Part shown: in pieces, positions 1 through 7,952 of the stretch
Position numbering within the stretch: the stretch's first letter is position 1
Layout of the letters: each line of letters starts with the position of its first letter
IMG/VR virus record: IMGVR_UViG_3300023179_000075
Source of the DNA: an uncultured virus (IMG/VR IMGVR_UViG_3300023179_000075)
Lineage: Duplodnaviria > Heunggongvirae > Uroviricota > Caudoviricetes
Length of the DNA: 20,000 nt
Reading direction: 5' to 3' (one strand)
The notes under the pieces: model-generated
What the model was told of the DNA's origin: nothing
The model's database searches: none
Seen by the model: only the letters and a program-made list of their open reading frames with translations
Program-made: the position numbers and the translations under genes

Positions 1-75
1 TTCGTACCCATCAACAAAGATCCTCATTTCAGGATCAATCTGTTGTAATTTCTCAATTAGTTGTTTTGCTGTCAT
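1..75 (-). CDS. Hypothetical phage protein, N-terminal fragment (runs off the window): MTAKQLIEKLQQIDPEMRIFVDGYE
   Basis: Read manually. ATG at 75, open to position 1, overlapping the end of the upstream ORF as elsewhere in this tightly packed region. Confidence 0.65.
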   Translation of the reverse strand, partial: MTAKQLIEKLQQIDPEMRIFVDGYE

Positions 76-454
76 GTTCTATAGTATAAAGTTCGTATTC
101 GCTATTTTTCGTTTTAAATTTAATATAAGTTGCTGTGCTTTCCAAAACCTCTGTTACTTGAGTTGTCATCCATTTGAAATTACCCATAAAAAAATCCAAT
201 ACCATACTGCGTCCAACAGCTATAGTATCAAATTTATCTTTAAATGAGCTATCTTCATTCCATTCAATCCATTTTATATCATTACCCCTCTTACTTAATC
301 CATCGTGACGTGTTATATAGTACTTAAATCCTTTTTTCATCCCACCATGCTCTATACAATATAGATCATCAGTTAGTCCTATAGAAATTATTCTATTACA
401 TTTATGGCATAATGTAGCTCCGTTGCCTCCATTAAATTTGTGTATTGGTTTCAT
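53..454 (-). CDS. Hypothetical protein with N-terminal Cys/His (possible Zn-binding) motif
   Basis: ORF track 53..478. The likely start is M9 at 454 (MKPIHKFNGGNGATLCHKC...YC..H), which avoids overlap with the upstream ORF. Confidence 0.7.
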   Translation of the reverse strand: MKPIHKFNGGNGATLCHKCNRIISIGLTDDLYCIEHGGMKKGFKYYITRHDGLSKRGNDIKWIEWNEDSSFKDKFDTIAVGRSMVLDFFMGNFKWMTTQVTEVLESTATYIKFKTKNSEYELYTIEHDSKTTN

Positions 455-458
455 ATTA

Positions 459-731
459 TTATTTTTGATTAAAGTCAACTATATAAACACTCACCCTTTC
501 TTCATCTGGTGTTTGATAGGTTATAGTTCCTTCTAGTTCATTACTATTAGGATACTTACTATAATGAGATTCGTATTTAATTCTTATTCCTGAATTGTTG
601 TATTTTTCACCTACACCCATATAATCATCTACTAATTCTAATAGTCCTTCAAGTGTATTTGATGCCCCTATTGAGGAGTGAAAGTAATTGGTTTTATCAC
701 TTTCACGGCATGCGTAGTAAATATAGTTCAT
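459..731 (-). CDS. Hypothetical protein (90 aa)
   Basis: ORF track. Tight spacing with neighbours. Confidence 0.65.
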   Translation of the reverse strand: MNYIYYACRESDKTNYFHSSIGASNTLEGLLELVDDYMGVGEKYNNSGIRIKYESHYSKYPNSNELEGTITYQTPDEERVSVYIVDFNQK

Positions 732-734
732 ATA

Positions 735-944
735 TTATTTATTAAATGTTTCATTATAATATTCTTCTGCTGTTTTATCCCCACTATACCGACCTTCCTT
801 ATATGAGGCCCAATAAGTATTTTCAATCTGCTTTTTTTCCATCTCAATATAATTATCTTTAAACATTTGCCAATGTATACTATCTGGATTTATATCCTTC
901 ATTAACTCTATTCTAGCTAACGCTAGTTCCATTGCTGTTTTCAT
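735..944 (-). CDS. Small phage protein, MKTAM...EKxQIxx...EEYYN family (paralogue of 1190..1447)
   Basis: Shares MKTAM, EK(K/E)QI(E/I) and EEYYNxT(F/Y)N with 1190..1447. Confidence 0.75.
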   Translation of the reverse strand: MKTAMELALARIELMKDINPDSIHWQMFKDNYIEMEKKQIENTYWASYKEGRYSGDKTAEEYYNETFNK

Positions 945-951
945 AATTTAT

Positions 952-1185
952 TTATTTAACCATATCTAAATTAACATTATGATCCGACATTAGCTCACGA
1001 AGTTCATCTCTGATTTCTTGATATGCATTATACTTATCTTCAGGTAAATCATCAGCAGCATATTTAGTTTTAGCTCTTAAGGACTGATCTAAGTCCCACA
1101 ACACATGCCAAAAATTAAGTCCATTTGTTGCTACTGTAAAGTCCTGCTTATCTTCAGGTAAGTCAAATTCTAATAATGCTTTCAT
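952..1185 (-). CDS. Hypothetical phage protein (MKALLEFDLPED)
   Basis: ORF track. Tight spacing with neighbours. Confidence 0.75.
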   Translation of the reverse strand: MKALLEFDLPEDKQDFTVATNGLNFWHVLWDLDQSLRAKTKYAADDLPEDKYNAYQEIRDELRELMSDHNVNLDMVK

Positions 1186-1189
1186 AATT

Positions 1190-1447
1190 TTATTTGTTTT
1201 GGTTATAGGTTTGGTTGTAGTATTCTTCAGGAAAATTCATCGATTCATCTACTTTACATTGATTATCAAGATAACCTGCTATATAAGAGTTTCTAGATGT
1301 TTCAATTATCTGCTCTTTTTCTTTTTTCCAGTATTTTCGTATAGCTGATGCTTTTAATATCCTTAGTACTTCTCTTACTTCTGGTGATTCGTGTAGATCT
1401 AAATACGCTGTCATTTCATCAATCAACTCTTGCATTGCTGTTTTCAT
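1190..1447 (-). CDS. Small phage protein, MKTAM family (paralogue of 735..944)
   Basis: Motifs shared with 735..944. Confidence 0.75.
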   Translation of the reverse strand: MKTAMQELIDEMTAYLDLHESPEVREVLRILKASAIRKYWKKEKEQIIETSRNSYIAGYLDNQCKVDESMNFPEEYYNQTYNQNK

Positions 1448-1453
1448 ATAGTT

Positions 1454-1786
1454 TTATTTAGTTGCATCCCATTCTTCAATAATGAATTCTAATCTAATTT
1501 GAGCTAATTTATAGTTTTTAGTTCTCCAAGCTGTTGCTTTTAATCCTCCACTAGCGCTAATCCATCCAATACCTTTATCTTCTGTATTTTTTGGATTTAA
1601 TGCTTGCTTAATAGCAGATTCAAGTCTCTCTTGTGCTGCTACTTTTAAATCTAGTGTAGTAGGTATACTTCCACCTTCACCTAAACCAGCCCATTTCCAA
1701 TTCAATTCTTCCATTATTACTGCTACTTTATGCCAATTAAAGTTATCAATAATTTCATTTATCATTGTTTGGTTTCTCTTTTTCAT
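1454..1786 (-). CDS. Hypothetical protein (110 aa)
   Basis: ORF track. ATGA overlap with the upstream small ORF. Confidence 0.7.
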   Translation of the reverse strand: MKKRNQTMINEIIDNFNWHKVAVIMEELNWKWAGLGEGGSIPTTLDLKVAAQERLESAIKQALNPKNTEDKGIGWISASGGLKATAWRTKNYKLAQIRLEFIIEEWDATK

Positions 1787-1950
1787 AACTTATTTGTTTT
1801 ATTCAACTTATATTCAATATCCGCCTTCTCATGTTCGTATTTTTTTATTTGATGCGACTTATACATCTTTCCAATCCAATTGGTAGCTGGATATTGTTGC
1901 CAATATACTATTTTTGCTTTGACCTCTTTTAATTGTTTTTTGAGTGCCAT
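1783..1950 (-). CDS. Small basic hypothetical protein (55 aa, not in ORF track): MALKKQLKEVKAKIVYWQQYPATNWIGKMYKSHQIKKYEHEKADIEYKLNKTNKL
   Basis: Read manually. Fills the gap, and its TGA overlaps the next ATG (ATGA). Confidence 0.7.
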   Translation of the reverse strand: MALKKQLKEVKAKIVYWQQYPATNWIGKMYKSHQIKKYEHEKADIEYKLNKTNKL

Positions 1951-1959
1951 TGATTTATT

Positions 1960-2712
1960 TTATATTATGAAATTACCACTTATTTCTCTGCCTGCCAAAT
2001 CAATTTCAACCTCCCAAGGTGCATTTAATGGCTCGTACTGATGATTACAAATACTAGCATTAAAATAATGAGTATTTTCATCGTAATCATAGCCGTAACA
2101 TTCATGAATATGTCCACTAATATGAATTAATGGTTTAATTGACTGTATTCGTTGTCTTAAATGCTCACATCCAGCATAATGTTGATCGTGTGCTACATAA
2201 TCTAATTTGTATGCTATAGGTCCGTGTGTTATAACAATGTCAGTATCCATTGGAATTTTATTCCATACTGCATCTATATCTTCACCTCTATGTTTATTGA
2301 ATGCCCATCTATCTCCATGAAACCAAGGTGTAACTGGGCTACCCCATATCTTGATTCCTTCTATAGTAACTGAGTTATTCTCTAAGTAGCGTACGTTAGA
2401 TGGTAAATTAGCTAAAGCCTCTTGTAACCATAATGGTTTTTTTCTATCTCCTTCTTCAATATCATCATCACCAAACTTAGGGCCATCAAACGTCCTGTCA
2501 TGATTACCAGCTATAAATACTATTCCATGGGTATAGCGAGGTGCTTGTTGCACTAACCATTTAAGTACGTCTTGTACTTCATGCTTCAATCCTTGTGCAC
2601 TGAAGTCACCAGCATGAATAAGCAAATCACCATCCGGTAGTCTACTCCCCATAGCTACAGATGTTAAATGCTTATGTCTATTATGCGTATCGCTAATAAC
2701 TACTAGTTTCAT
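1960..2712 (-). CDS. Calcineurin-like metallophosphoesterase (MPPED/239FB-like)
   Basis: Motifs SDTH, HAGD, AGNHD, THGP, GHIHE and NASIC. Confidence 0.9.
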   Translation of the reverse strand: MKLVVISDTHNRHKHLTSVAMGSRLPDGDLLIHAGDFSAQGLKHEVQDVLKWLVQQAPRYTHGIVFIAGNHDRTFDGPKFGDDDIEEGDRKKPLWLQEALANLPSNVRYLENNSVTIEGIKIWGSPVTPWFHGDRWAFNKHRGEDIDAVWNKIPMDTDIVITHGPIAYKLDYVAHDQHYAGCEHLRQRIQSIKPLIHISGHIHECYGYDYDENTHYFNASICNHQYEPLNAPWEVEIDLAGREISGNFII

Positions 2713-3449
2713 AACTTAAAGATAGTAAATTTATTTTGATTATCCAACAAAACAGCTGTTAAATTTTCCACCCAATCTCCTGAGTTTAGGTAATGAGCTC
2801 CATCTATAATTCTATCTGCTGGTTGGTGTATATGTCCACATATTACTCCATAACAATTATGTTTGTGAGCCATCTTAATTGCTGTTATTTCAAAGTCATT
2901 AACGTAGCTAGTTGCTACTTTAACACCTTCTTTAATTTGTTGAGATATTGAATGATATGGTAATCCTCTCCATGTTCTGTATCTGTTATACCACCTATTA
3001 ATCCATAAAGCCAAATCATATCCAATTGATCCTAATTTAGCTAACCACTTATATTTAGTAATAAACACATCAATTACATCGCCGTGAAATACAAAATAAT
3101 GTTTTGATGTCCATTTACTATCTACCCTTTCGTATAATTCTAATTTATAATTTTCTCGTATTTCTATTTTACCTACATTAGTATCTATAAAATCATATAA
3201 GAATTCATCATGATTACCTCTAATCCATATAATCTTAGTTTTATGGGATAGTTTAAGTAATTTAGCTAGTACCTTTGTATGTGATTTTTTCCACTTAGAT
3301 CCTCTCTTTAACGCCCACCCATCAACTATATCTCCGTTAAGTATTAGTAAATCTGTTGGATGATCATCCAAAAAATCAATAAATTCTTTGGCTTTTGAAT
3401 CCATTGTACCCAAATGAAGATCGGATACTATAATGGCTTTATATCTCAT
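2709..3449 (-). CDS. Metallophosphoesterase, UDP-2,3-diacylglucosamine diphosphatase (LpxH)-like
   Basis: Motifs SDLHLG, LNGDIVDGW, RGNHD, HGD, CGHIHQP and YLNSGDWVE. Confidence 0.85.
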   Translation of the reverse strand: MRYKAIIVSDLHLGTMDSKAKEFIDFLDDHPTDLLILNGDIVDGWALKRGSKWKKSHTKVLAKLLKLSHKTKIIWIRGNHDEFLYDFIDTNVGKIEIRENYKLELYERVDSKWTSKHYFVFHGDVIDVFITKYKWLAKLGSIGYDLALWINRWYNRYRTWRGLPYHSISQQIKEGVKVATSYVNDFEITAIKMAHKHNCYGVICGHIHQPADRIIDGAHYLNSGDWVENLTAVLLDNQNKFTIFKL

Positions 3450-3532
3450 AAATAAAGACTTAGTTCAGCTATAAATATGAGGAATGCTAATGTGCCTATG
3501 ATTAGCGTTTCGATATTATAAAATAGTTTCAT
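3446..3532 (-). CDS. Putative 28-aa hydrophobic peptide MKLFYNIETLIIGTLAFLIFIAELSLYL
   Basis: Read manually. ATGA coupling to the LpxH-like gene and one TM-like stretch. Confidence 0.5.
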   Translation of the reverse strand: MKLFYNIETLIIGTLAFLIFIAELSLYL

Positions 3533-3542
3533 ATTATTTATT

Positions 3543-3881
3543 TTAATCTTTCCAAAATATCTGTAATGCAACTATCATAGATGCTAATAATAAACATGCC
3601 ATTGTTTTTAATGTTGGATGTTCTTTAAGTATTAGCCAACTCATTATTGTAAATATTATAATACCAACACCAAATCCAATTAAACGGCCTGGCCAGTTTG
3701 CTCCATAATATTCGTTAAATAATTTAGTTGTTGTAATGTAAATAAGAGATATTGGTAAACCTAATAACATCATTATGTATGGATTTTCTCTAGGAAACCT
3801 CCAGGCTATTTGTCCTTGTAATTGAATAAAGGATACTATACCTCCTATTATACATAGTATAAATGCTATTGTTATTTTCAT
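3543..3881 (-). CDS. Small membrane protein, about 4 TM helices (SMR/DMT-like size and topology)
   Basis: 112 aa with four hydrophobic segments. Confidence 0.7.
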   Translation of the reverse strand: MKITIAFILCIIGGIVSFIQLQGQIAWRFPRENPYIMMLLGLPISLIYITTTKLFNEYYGANWPGRLIGFGVGIIIFTIMSWLILKEHPTLKTMACLLLASMIVALQIFWKD

Positions 3882-3911
3882 AATATAAATATATGATTTC
3901 TATTTTGCCGA

Positions 3912-4070
3912 TTAGTCTAGGTGATCATCCCAACCATCACGTCCTGCTGAGTTTAGGAAATCTTCACCCTTATAGTCTGGGTGTTTAGTTTTCATATTGT
4001 CAATTGATATTGACCAAATACAAGCTATTGGTAACACAATAACAAGTGTAATAATGATTAATCCCACCAT
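3912..4070 (-). CDS. Small single-TM protein (52 aa, not in ORF track): MVGLIIITLVIVLPIACIWSISIDNMKTKHPDYKGEDFLNSAGRDGWDDHLD
   Basis: Read manually. Fills the gap and overlaps the upstream stop region. Confidence 0.65.
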   Translation of the reverse strand: MVGLIIITLVIVLPIACIWSISIDNMKTKHPDYKGEDFLNSAGRDGWDDHLD

Positions 4071-4558
4071 CTTCTAATGTTTTGTTCTAGTATTGTAAAT
4101 AATAATTTATGTGCTCGTTCTCCATTTATTCTAGCCATTTGAAATGCTATTTTTTCTTTAGGTGCTTGCAAATCAGGGACCATTCTATATATTAATGGAT
4201 ATTTTTTAAAATAATCATCGTAGTGTTCTGATATTAGTTCCTCCTCCATTTCATAACTACCTGGGTGGGAAATACTAGGTACAAATTTAATATCTGATTT
4301 GTAGTAGTCTTGATATTCACAGCCGTAATATTCACTTTGGACTTTATCCATCAATCTAACACATAACATCATTATTTCAGCATCGCGTTTAGCAGATAAA
4401 TGACGGTCTTTCTTACCAATATATTCAGCTTGATTTTTAAGTTTAAATTTTAATATTTCAAAGATATAGTGGTCATCCCAATCCTTATCTTTCCAGATAA
4501 TGGGAAACCAACGAATTAAATTATAAATTTGTTTGAAGAATTGCTGGATTTTATACAT
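4058..4558 (-). CDS. Hypothetical phage protein (RWFPIIWKDKDWD...RRWWD)
   Basis: ORF track, with a promoter-like motif upstream. Confidence 0.8.
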   Translation of the reverse strand: MYKIQQFFKQIYNLIRWFPIIWKDKDWDDHYIFEILKFKLKNQAEYIGKKDRHLSAKRDAEIMMLCVRLMDKVQSEYYGCEYQDYYKSDIKFVPSISHPGSYEMEEELISEHYDDYFKKYPLIYRMVPDLQAPKEKIAFQMARINGERAHKLLFTILEQNIRRWWD

Positions 4559-4574
4559 AACCTGCTATTTTTAA

Positions 4575-4606
4575 TAAATATACAAAACTATTTTGCCTTA
4601 ACCAAA
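4575..4606 (-). promoter_or_regulatory. Bacteroidota sigma-70-like promoter variant (TTTG-N20-TATATTTA)
   Basis: Matches the -33 TTTG / -7 TAnnTTTG consensus except the last base. The same spacing recurs at 14757..14788. Confidence 0.55.
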
Positions 4607-4607
4607 T

Positions 4608-5954
4608 CTATAACATCATTCTAGAACCTATTAGAAAGTAACTTAATATTGGAGTATTTGGTGTTGTTGATATACTTGTTTTATAATCAATATTAAACCC
4701 AAATCTTTTACTTAATTTAAAACTATATCCTGTACCTATTAAACCTGTTATATTGTAATTCCAGGTACTTCCTGTTTTATTATTAAAAGCATAAGGTGAA
4801 GCCATTAAGAATACTCCTGGAGATAGCACTGATTTTCTACTTATTGGATATGGTTTAGTCCAAAACGCTGTTGTTGACGTCATAGTTGAGTACGAGTACC
4901 CAACATCATCTTTTAATTTGATATTAATATAAGATAGATTATAACCGTATGTTCCGTATTTAGGATGTGGTTTAATGTATGTATAACCTCCAAATGTTAA
5001 ATTGGTACCCGCTACACGAGCAATGGTATATGAATATGATTTAATAGCGGTTAAATTGCCATTTTTAAGTATCATATCACTCTTGTTGATAGACAGAGCG
5101 AACGATTTTAAATCGCCCCAAATCATTGAACTAACACCCCAACTTGATTCACCGGTAGCCGATGATTGAGACATACTTAATGATATGATAGGTGTAAATC
5201 CACCTGTTGCGTTTTGACCTACGGTTAGATCAGAACCAATCATTACGGGGTTTATTATTACTTTTTTCTTTTCCTCTTTTTTAGTTTCCTTTTTATCTTC
5301 TTTTTTTTCCTCTTTAGTTTCAGATTTTTCTTCTTTAGTTTCAGATTTACTTTCTTCTTTTGACTCGGTTTTTGATTCGCTTTTGCTTTCCGTTTTGGTT
5401 TCCGTTTTTGATTCGCTGCTTGTGCTGCTTCCTCCATTGCTGCTCTCTCCACTTGAGCTTGGCGAAGATGAAGAGCCCGATGACGATGATGACTGGGATG
5501 AAGAGGATGAAGGAGGTGGCGGTGGTGCACCACTCGATGCTGCTCCTGAAGCCGCGGAAGATGCTGCTCCAGAAGCGGCTCCACTTGCTGCTCCGGATGC
5601 TGCTGCACTCGCTGCTGATGACGCTGCTGAACTTGCTGCTTGTGACGCTGCTTGTGCTGCTGCTTGGGATACTGCTTGTTGTACTGCTGTTGTTACTACT
5701 GGTGTTGTTACGGGGCATGGTTTAGATAACACTTGATTAACCCATACATATACTGCTCCTGATGCTGCCTCAGTATAGCTGAATGACTTATATTCATTTC
5801 TGATTATTGCCATTACAGCTTGGGCTTGGACAGGAAATGTAATAGTATATGTTTTACTATCACATGGATCTATATAGGTTTGAGTAAGAACCTGTCCCTT
5901 AGTTATGAAACTAACTAACGTTAGTAATAACGTGTATATTATTTTTTTCAACAT
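4608..5954 (-). CDS. Secreted/outer-membrane protein: signal peptide, Ala/Ser/Pro and Glu/Lys low-complexity stalk, C-terminal predicted beta-barrel
   Basis: N-terminal signal peptide. The C-terminal ~210 aa show alternating hydrophobic beta-strands rich in G/S/Y/F (GTGYSFKLSKRFGFNIDY). Confidence 0.75.
   Translation of the reverse strand: MLKKIIYTLLLTLVSFITKGQVLTQTYIDPCDSKTYTITFPVQAQAVMAIIRNEYKSFSYTEAASGAVYVWVNQVLSKPCPVTTPVVTTAVQQAVSQAAAQAASQAASSAASSAASAAASGAASGAASGAASSAASGAASSGAPPPPPSSSSSQSSSSSGSSSSPSSSGESSNGGSSTSSESKTETKTESKSESKTESKEESKSETKEEKSETKEEKKEDKKETKKEEKKKVIINPVMIGSDLTVGQNATGGFTPIISLSMSQSSATGESSWGVSSMIWGDLKSFALSINKSDMILKNGNLTAIKSYSYTIARVAGTNLTFGGYTYIKPHPKYGTYGYNLSYINIKLKDDVGYSYSTMTSTTAFWTKPYPISRKSVLSPGVFLMASPYAFNNKTGSTWNYNITGLIGTGYSFKLSKRFGFNIDYKTSISTTPNTPILSYFLIGSRMML
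5262..5700 (-). repeat. Coding low-complexity repeats (AASG/AASS units, poly-Ser, poly-Pro, ESKTE/EEKK units)
   Basis: GCTGCT-rich tract inside 4608..5954. It explains the spurious alternative-frame ORFs here. Confidence 0.8.
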
Positions 5955-5962
5955 TCATTAGA

Positions 5963-6679
5963 TTATTTCTTAAATATATTCTTCTTAATCATTCTTAGTA
6001 GTATTCTACTACAGGCTATATCTAATGCTTTTTTAGTTGTCGTTCCTATTGTTGATTGGTTAAATTTAATATCAGATAAAGTAGCATCACTCATTAAACT
6101 CATTTCACGAGTTGTTTTAGCTTCACCTAATCCACTTGCTGATAGTATTTCACCCGTTTCAGCGTCTGTAAAACGTACCTGTAAGCCTAAACGAGTTACA
6201 ACTAAATTCTTAACTCCATCTTTTAAATTAACTGTTTCATCTTCACTTACTGAGAAATCATATACTTCAATTTCAACGAAGTAATGAGCAAGACGTATTT
6301 TACCACGTCCATCTAATTTATCTTGGCTAATTCCAGATTGTGACGCCTGAAATTGTTTTACCATTCTATTCTTTATTTCTGTTTTATCTTCAGTGAAAGT
6401 AAAACGGTTAAGATTTTCAAGGTATTCCATAGATATATTCGCCACACCAAGACCGACTTTCTTTTCTTTGAGTTCCGGATATTGTTCATATATTTCATCG
6501 CTTATACCACATTTTAATATCTGGATAGGGATGGTTGGCCCACTATAATCCATCAATGAGTCAATATTAACTTTGGTTTCAAACGAGGCTTTATATTCCT
6601 CTGTTTTGGTTGTACCAATGTTTTGAGATTTACTACTTAATGCTATTAGTAGAGGTAATATTATCAGTAGATTTTTCAT
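5963..6679 (-). CDS. CsgG/HfaB-family (curli-secretion-channel-like) exported protein
   Basis: Likely start M18 at 6679 gives a signal peptide. Family-like motifs GVANISMEYLENLNRFTFTE, AHYFVEIEVYDFS and LQVRFTDAETGEILSASG. Confidence 0.8.
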   Translation of the reverse strand: MKNLLIILPLLIALSSKSQNIGTTKTEEYKASFETKVNIDSLMDYSGPTIPIQILKCGISDEIYEQYPELKEKKVGLGVANISMEYLENLNRFTFTEDKTEIKNRMVKQFQASQSGISQDKLDGRGKIRLAHYFVEIEVYDFSVSEDETVNLKDGVKNLVVTRLGLQVRFTDAETGEILSASGLGEAKTTREMSLMSDATLSDIKFNQSTIGTTTKKALDIACSRILLRMIKKNIFKK

Positions 6680-6884
6680 ACCAAATATTATTGGGATTAG
6701 TTTTATAGGTTCCGTCAATTTTAAAGTCAATATTACTTAATATTTTTTCTGATTTTTCTGTTTGTCCTGATGCATTTAGGTAGCCTAGGTACAATTCAAA
6801 AAATACTATACTAAATATCATTACTGACATTAAGAGTAGGGATGCCATAGCAATAGCACGACCTATGTTTTTTAGTTTTTTCAT
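6633..6884 (-). CDS. Single-TM membrane protein (83 aa)
   Basis: N-terminal hydrophobic helix. Overlaps the start of the CsgG-like gene. Confidence 0.6.
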   Translation of the reverse strand: MKKLKNIGRAIAMASLLLMSVMIFSIVFFELYLGYLNASGQTEKSEKILSNIDFKIDGTYKTNPNNIWYEKSTDNITSTNSIK

Positions 6885-6902
6885 GTTTTAGTTTTAATGG
6901 TT

Positions 6903-6930
6903 AAAGGAAAGGAGGGCCTAAACCCTCCCT
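6903..6930 (-). terminator. Intrinsic terminator-like hairpin
   Basis: AGGGAGGG-TTTAGG-CCCTCCTT followed by TCCTTT, directly after the stop of 6934..7191. Confidence 0.6.
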
Positions 6931-6933
6931 TAA

Positions 6934-7191
6934 TTATTCTTCTGTTTTTGGTTCTTCAGCTTTTGCTTTTTTAGTAAATTTATCTAATGTATCAGCACCC
7001 ATACCAATTGCAGTGATAATCATTACAGCGTTTACTAATTCAGGTGATGGAGCGAAATCAACTTTTGAAAAGCTATTCGCTAACATTGTTCCACATAGGA
7101 ATAAAGCACCTACAAATGCAATAACTGGTTTGATTGATGTTGATCCTCTCTCATCTTTAAATAAGTCGATGATCCATTGTTTGAAATTCAT
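6934..7191 (-). CDS. Two-TM small membrane protein, holin-like
   Basis: 85 aa with two hydrophobic helices and a charged C-terminal tail (DKFTKKAKAEEPKTEE). Confidence 0.65.
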   Translation of the reverse strand: MNFKQWIIDLFKDERGSTSIKPVIAFVGALFLCGTMLANSFSKVDFAPSPELVNAVMIITAIGMGADTLDKFTKKAKAEEPKTEE

Positions 7192-7223
7192 ACTTTTAAT
7201 TTTTAACGGTTAACAAGGGGTAA

Positions 7224-7580
7224 TTACCACTGAGCAGGTTTCTCTTTAAATTCATCACCATCTTTTTTCTTAGTAGTAGGAGCAACTGGTTGGGTTGCAG
7301 TACTATTTTTTTCTTTGATGATTACAGTTTTACTATTTGAAGTTGCCTGTTGTTGAGTAGGCATATTAATATTAATACTTTGGGGTGTTGGTTGTTTAAC
7401 ATCACCCTCTTTTGGCTTTTGTAGGTAAGTCATTAAAAATGCTCCACCTGCTGTTACTAACGTACCAATAGTACCGATCATGGTCTTTTTTAAACCACTC
7501 ATTGAACCATCATTATGTTTTTCATTTTTAGCCATTGCAGCTTCTTCTGTTGTTTTTGTTGTTTTAGTTGCTTTTGCCAT
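7224..7580 (-). CDS. Single-TM protein with low-complexity T/Q/P/K tail
   Basis: TM segment MIGTIGTLVTAGGAFLMTYL. Confidence 0.7.
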   Translation of the reverse strand: MAKATKTTKTTEEAAMAKNEKHNDGSMSGLKKTMIGTIGTLVTAGGAFLMTYLQKPKEGDVKQPTPQSININMPTQQQATSNSKTVIIKEKNSTATQPVAPTTKKKDGDEFKEKPAQW

Positions 7581-7581
7581 T

Positions 7582-7950
7582 TTATTTAATTTTTATAGGT
7601 CTTTTTGTTTCTGTTCCGTTTATATCAATTAATATGATATCATAATCTTTTTTATCTAAAGAATTCAAATCATATGTTTTCGTAACGGTGTCTGTTAATG
7701 CTGTAAATCCTAATGTTTTTACAGGTGTTTCACTTCCAAATGGTATAATCTGTACTGAATATTTAGCCCCTGTAGTTACAGTATATCCAATAGTAAATAC
7801 ATTATTTACTTGTGTTATATTACTAATTTGAGTTGATGTTGATGTTTTACCTAGCTCTATTATTTGTGGTTTAATAATAGGAACATCAATTTTTTGACAT
7901 CCTCCAATCACTAATAAAACGATTAATGTTGTTAATAATAGTTTTTTCAT
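7582..7950 (-). CDS. Lipoprotein whose mature part resembles a T9SS C-terminal sorting domain (Ig-like)
   Basis: Lipobox-like IGGC. C-terminus TYDLNSLDKKDYDIILIDINGTETKRPIKIK resembles the type-A CTD pattern (IDLSSLxxGxYxxxI...TKKIIIK). Confidence 0.65.
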   Translation of the reverse strand: MKKLLLTTLIVLLVIGGCQKIDVPIIKPQIIELGKTSTSTQISNITQVNNVFTIGYTVTTGAKYSVQIIPFGSETPVKTLGFTALTDTVTKTYDLNSLDKKDYDIILIDINGTETKRPIKIK

Positions 7951-7952
7951 AA

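Noticed and set aside
5258..5736. Four overlapping alternative-frame and antisense ORFs
   Set aside because: They are by-products of the stop-poor low-complexity tract within 4608..5954.
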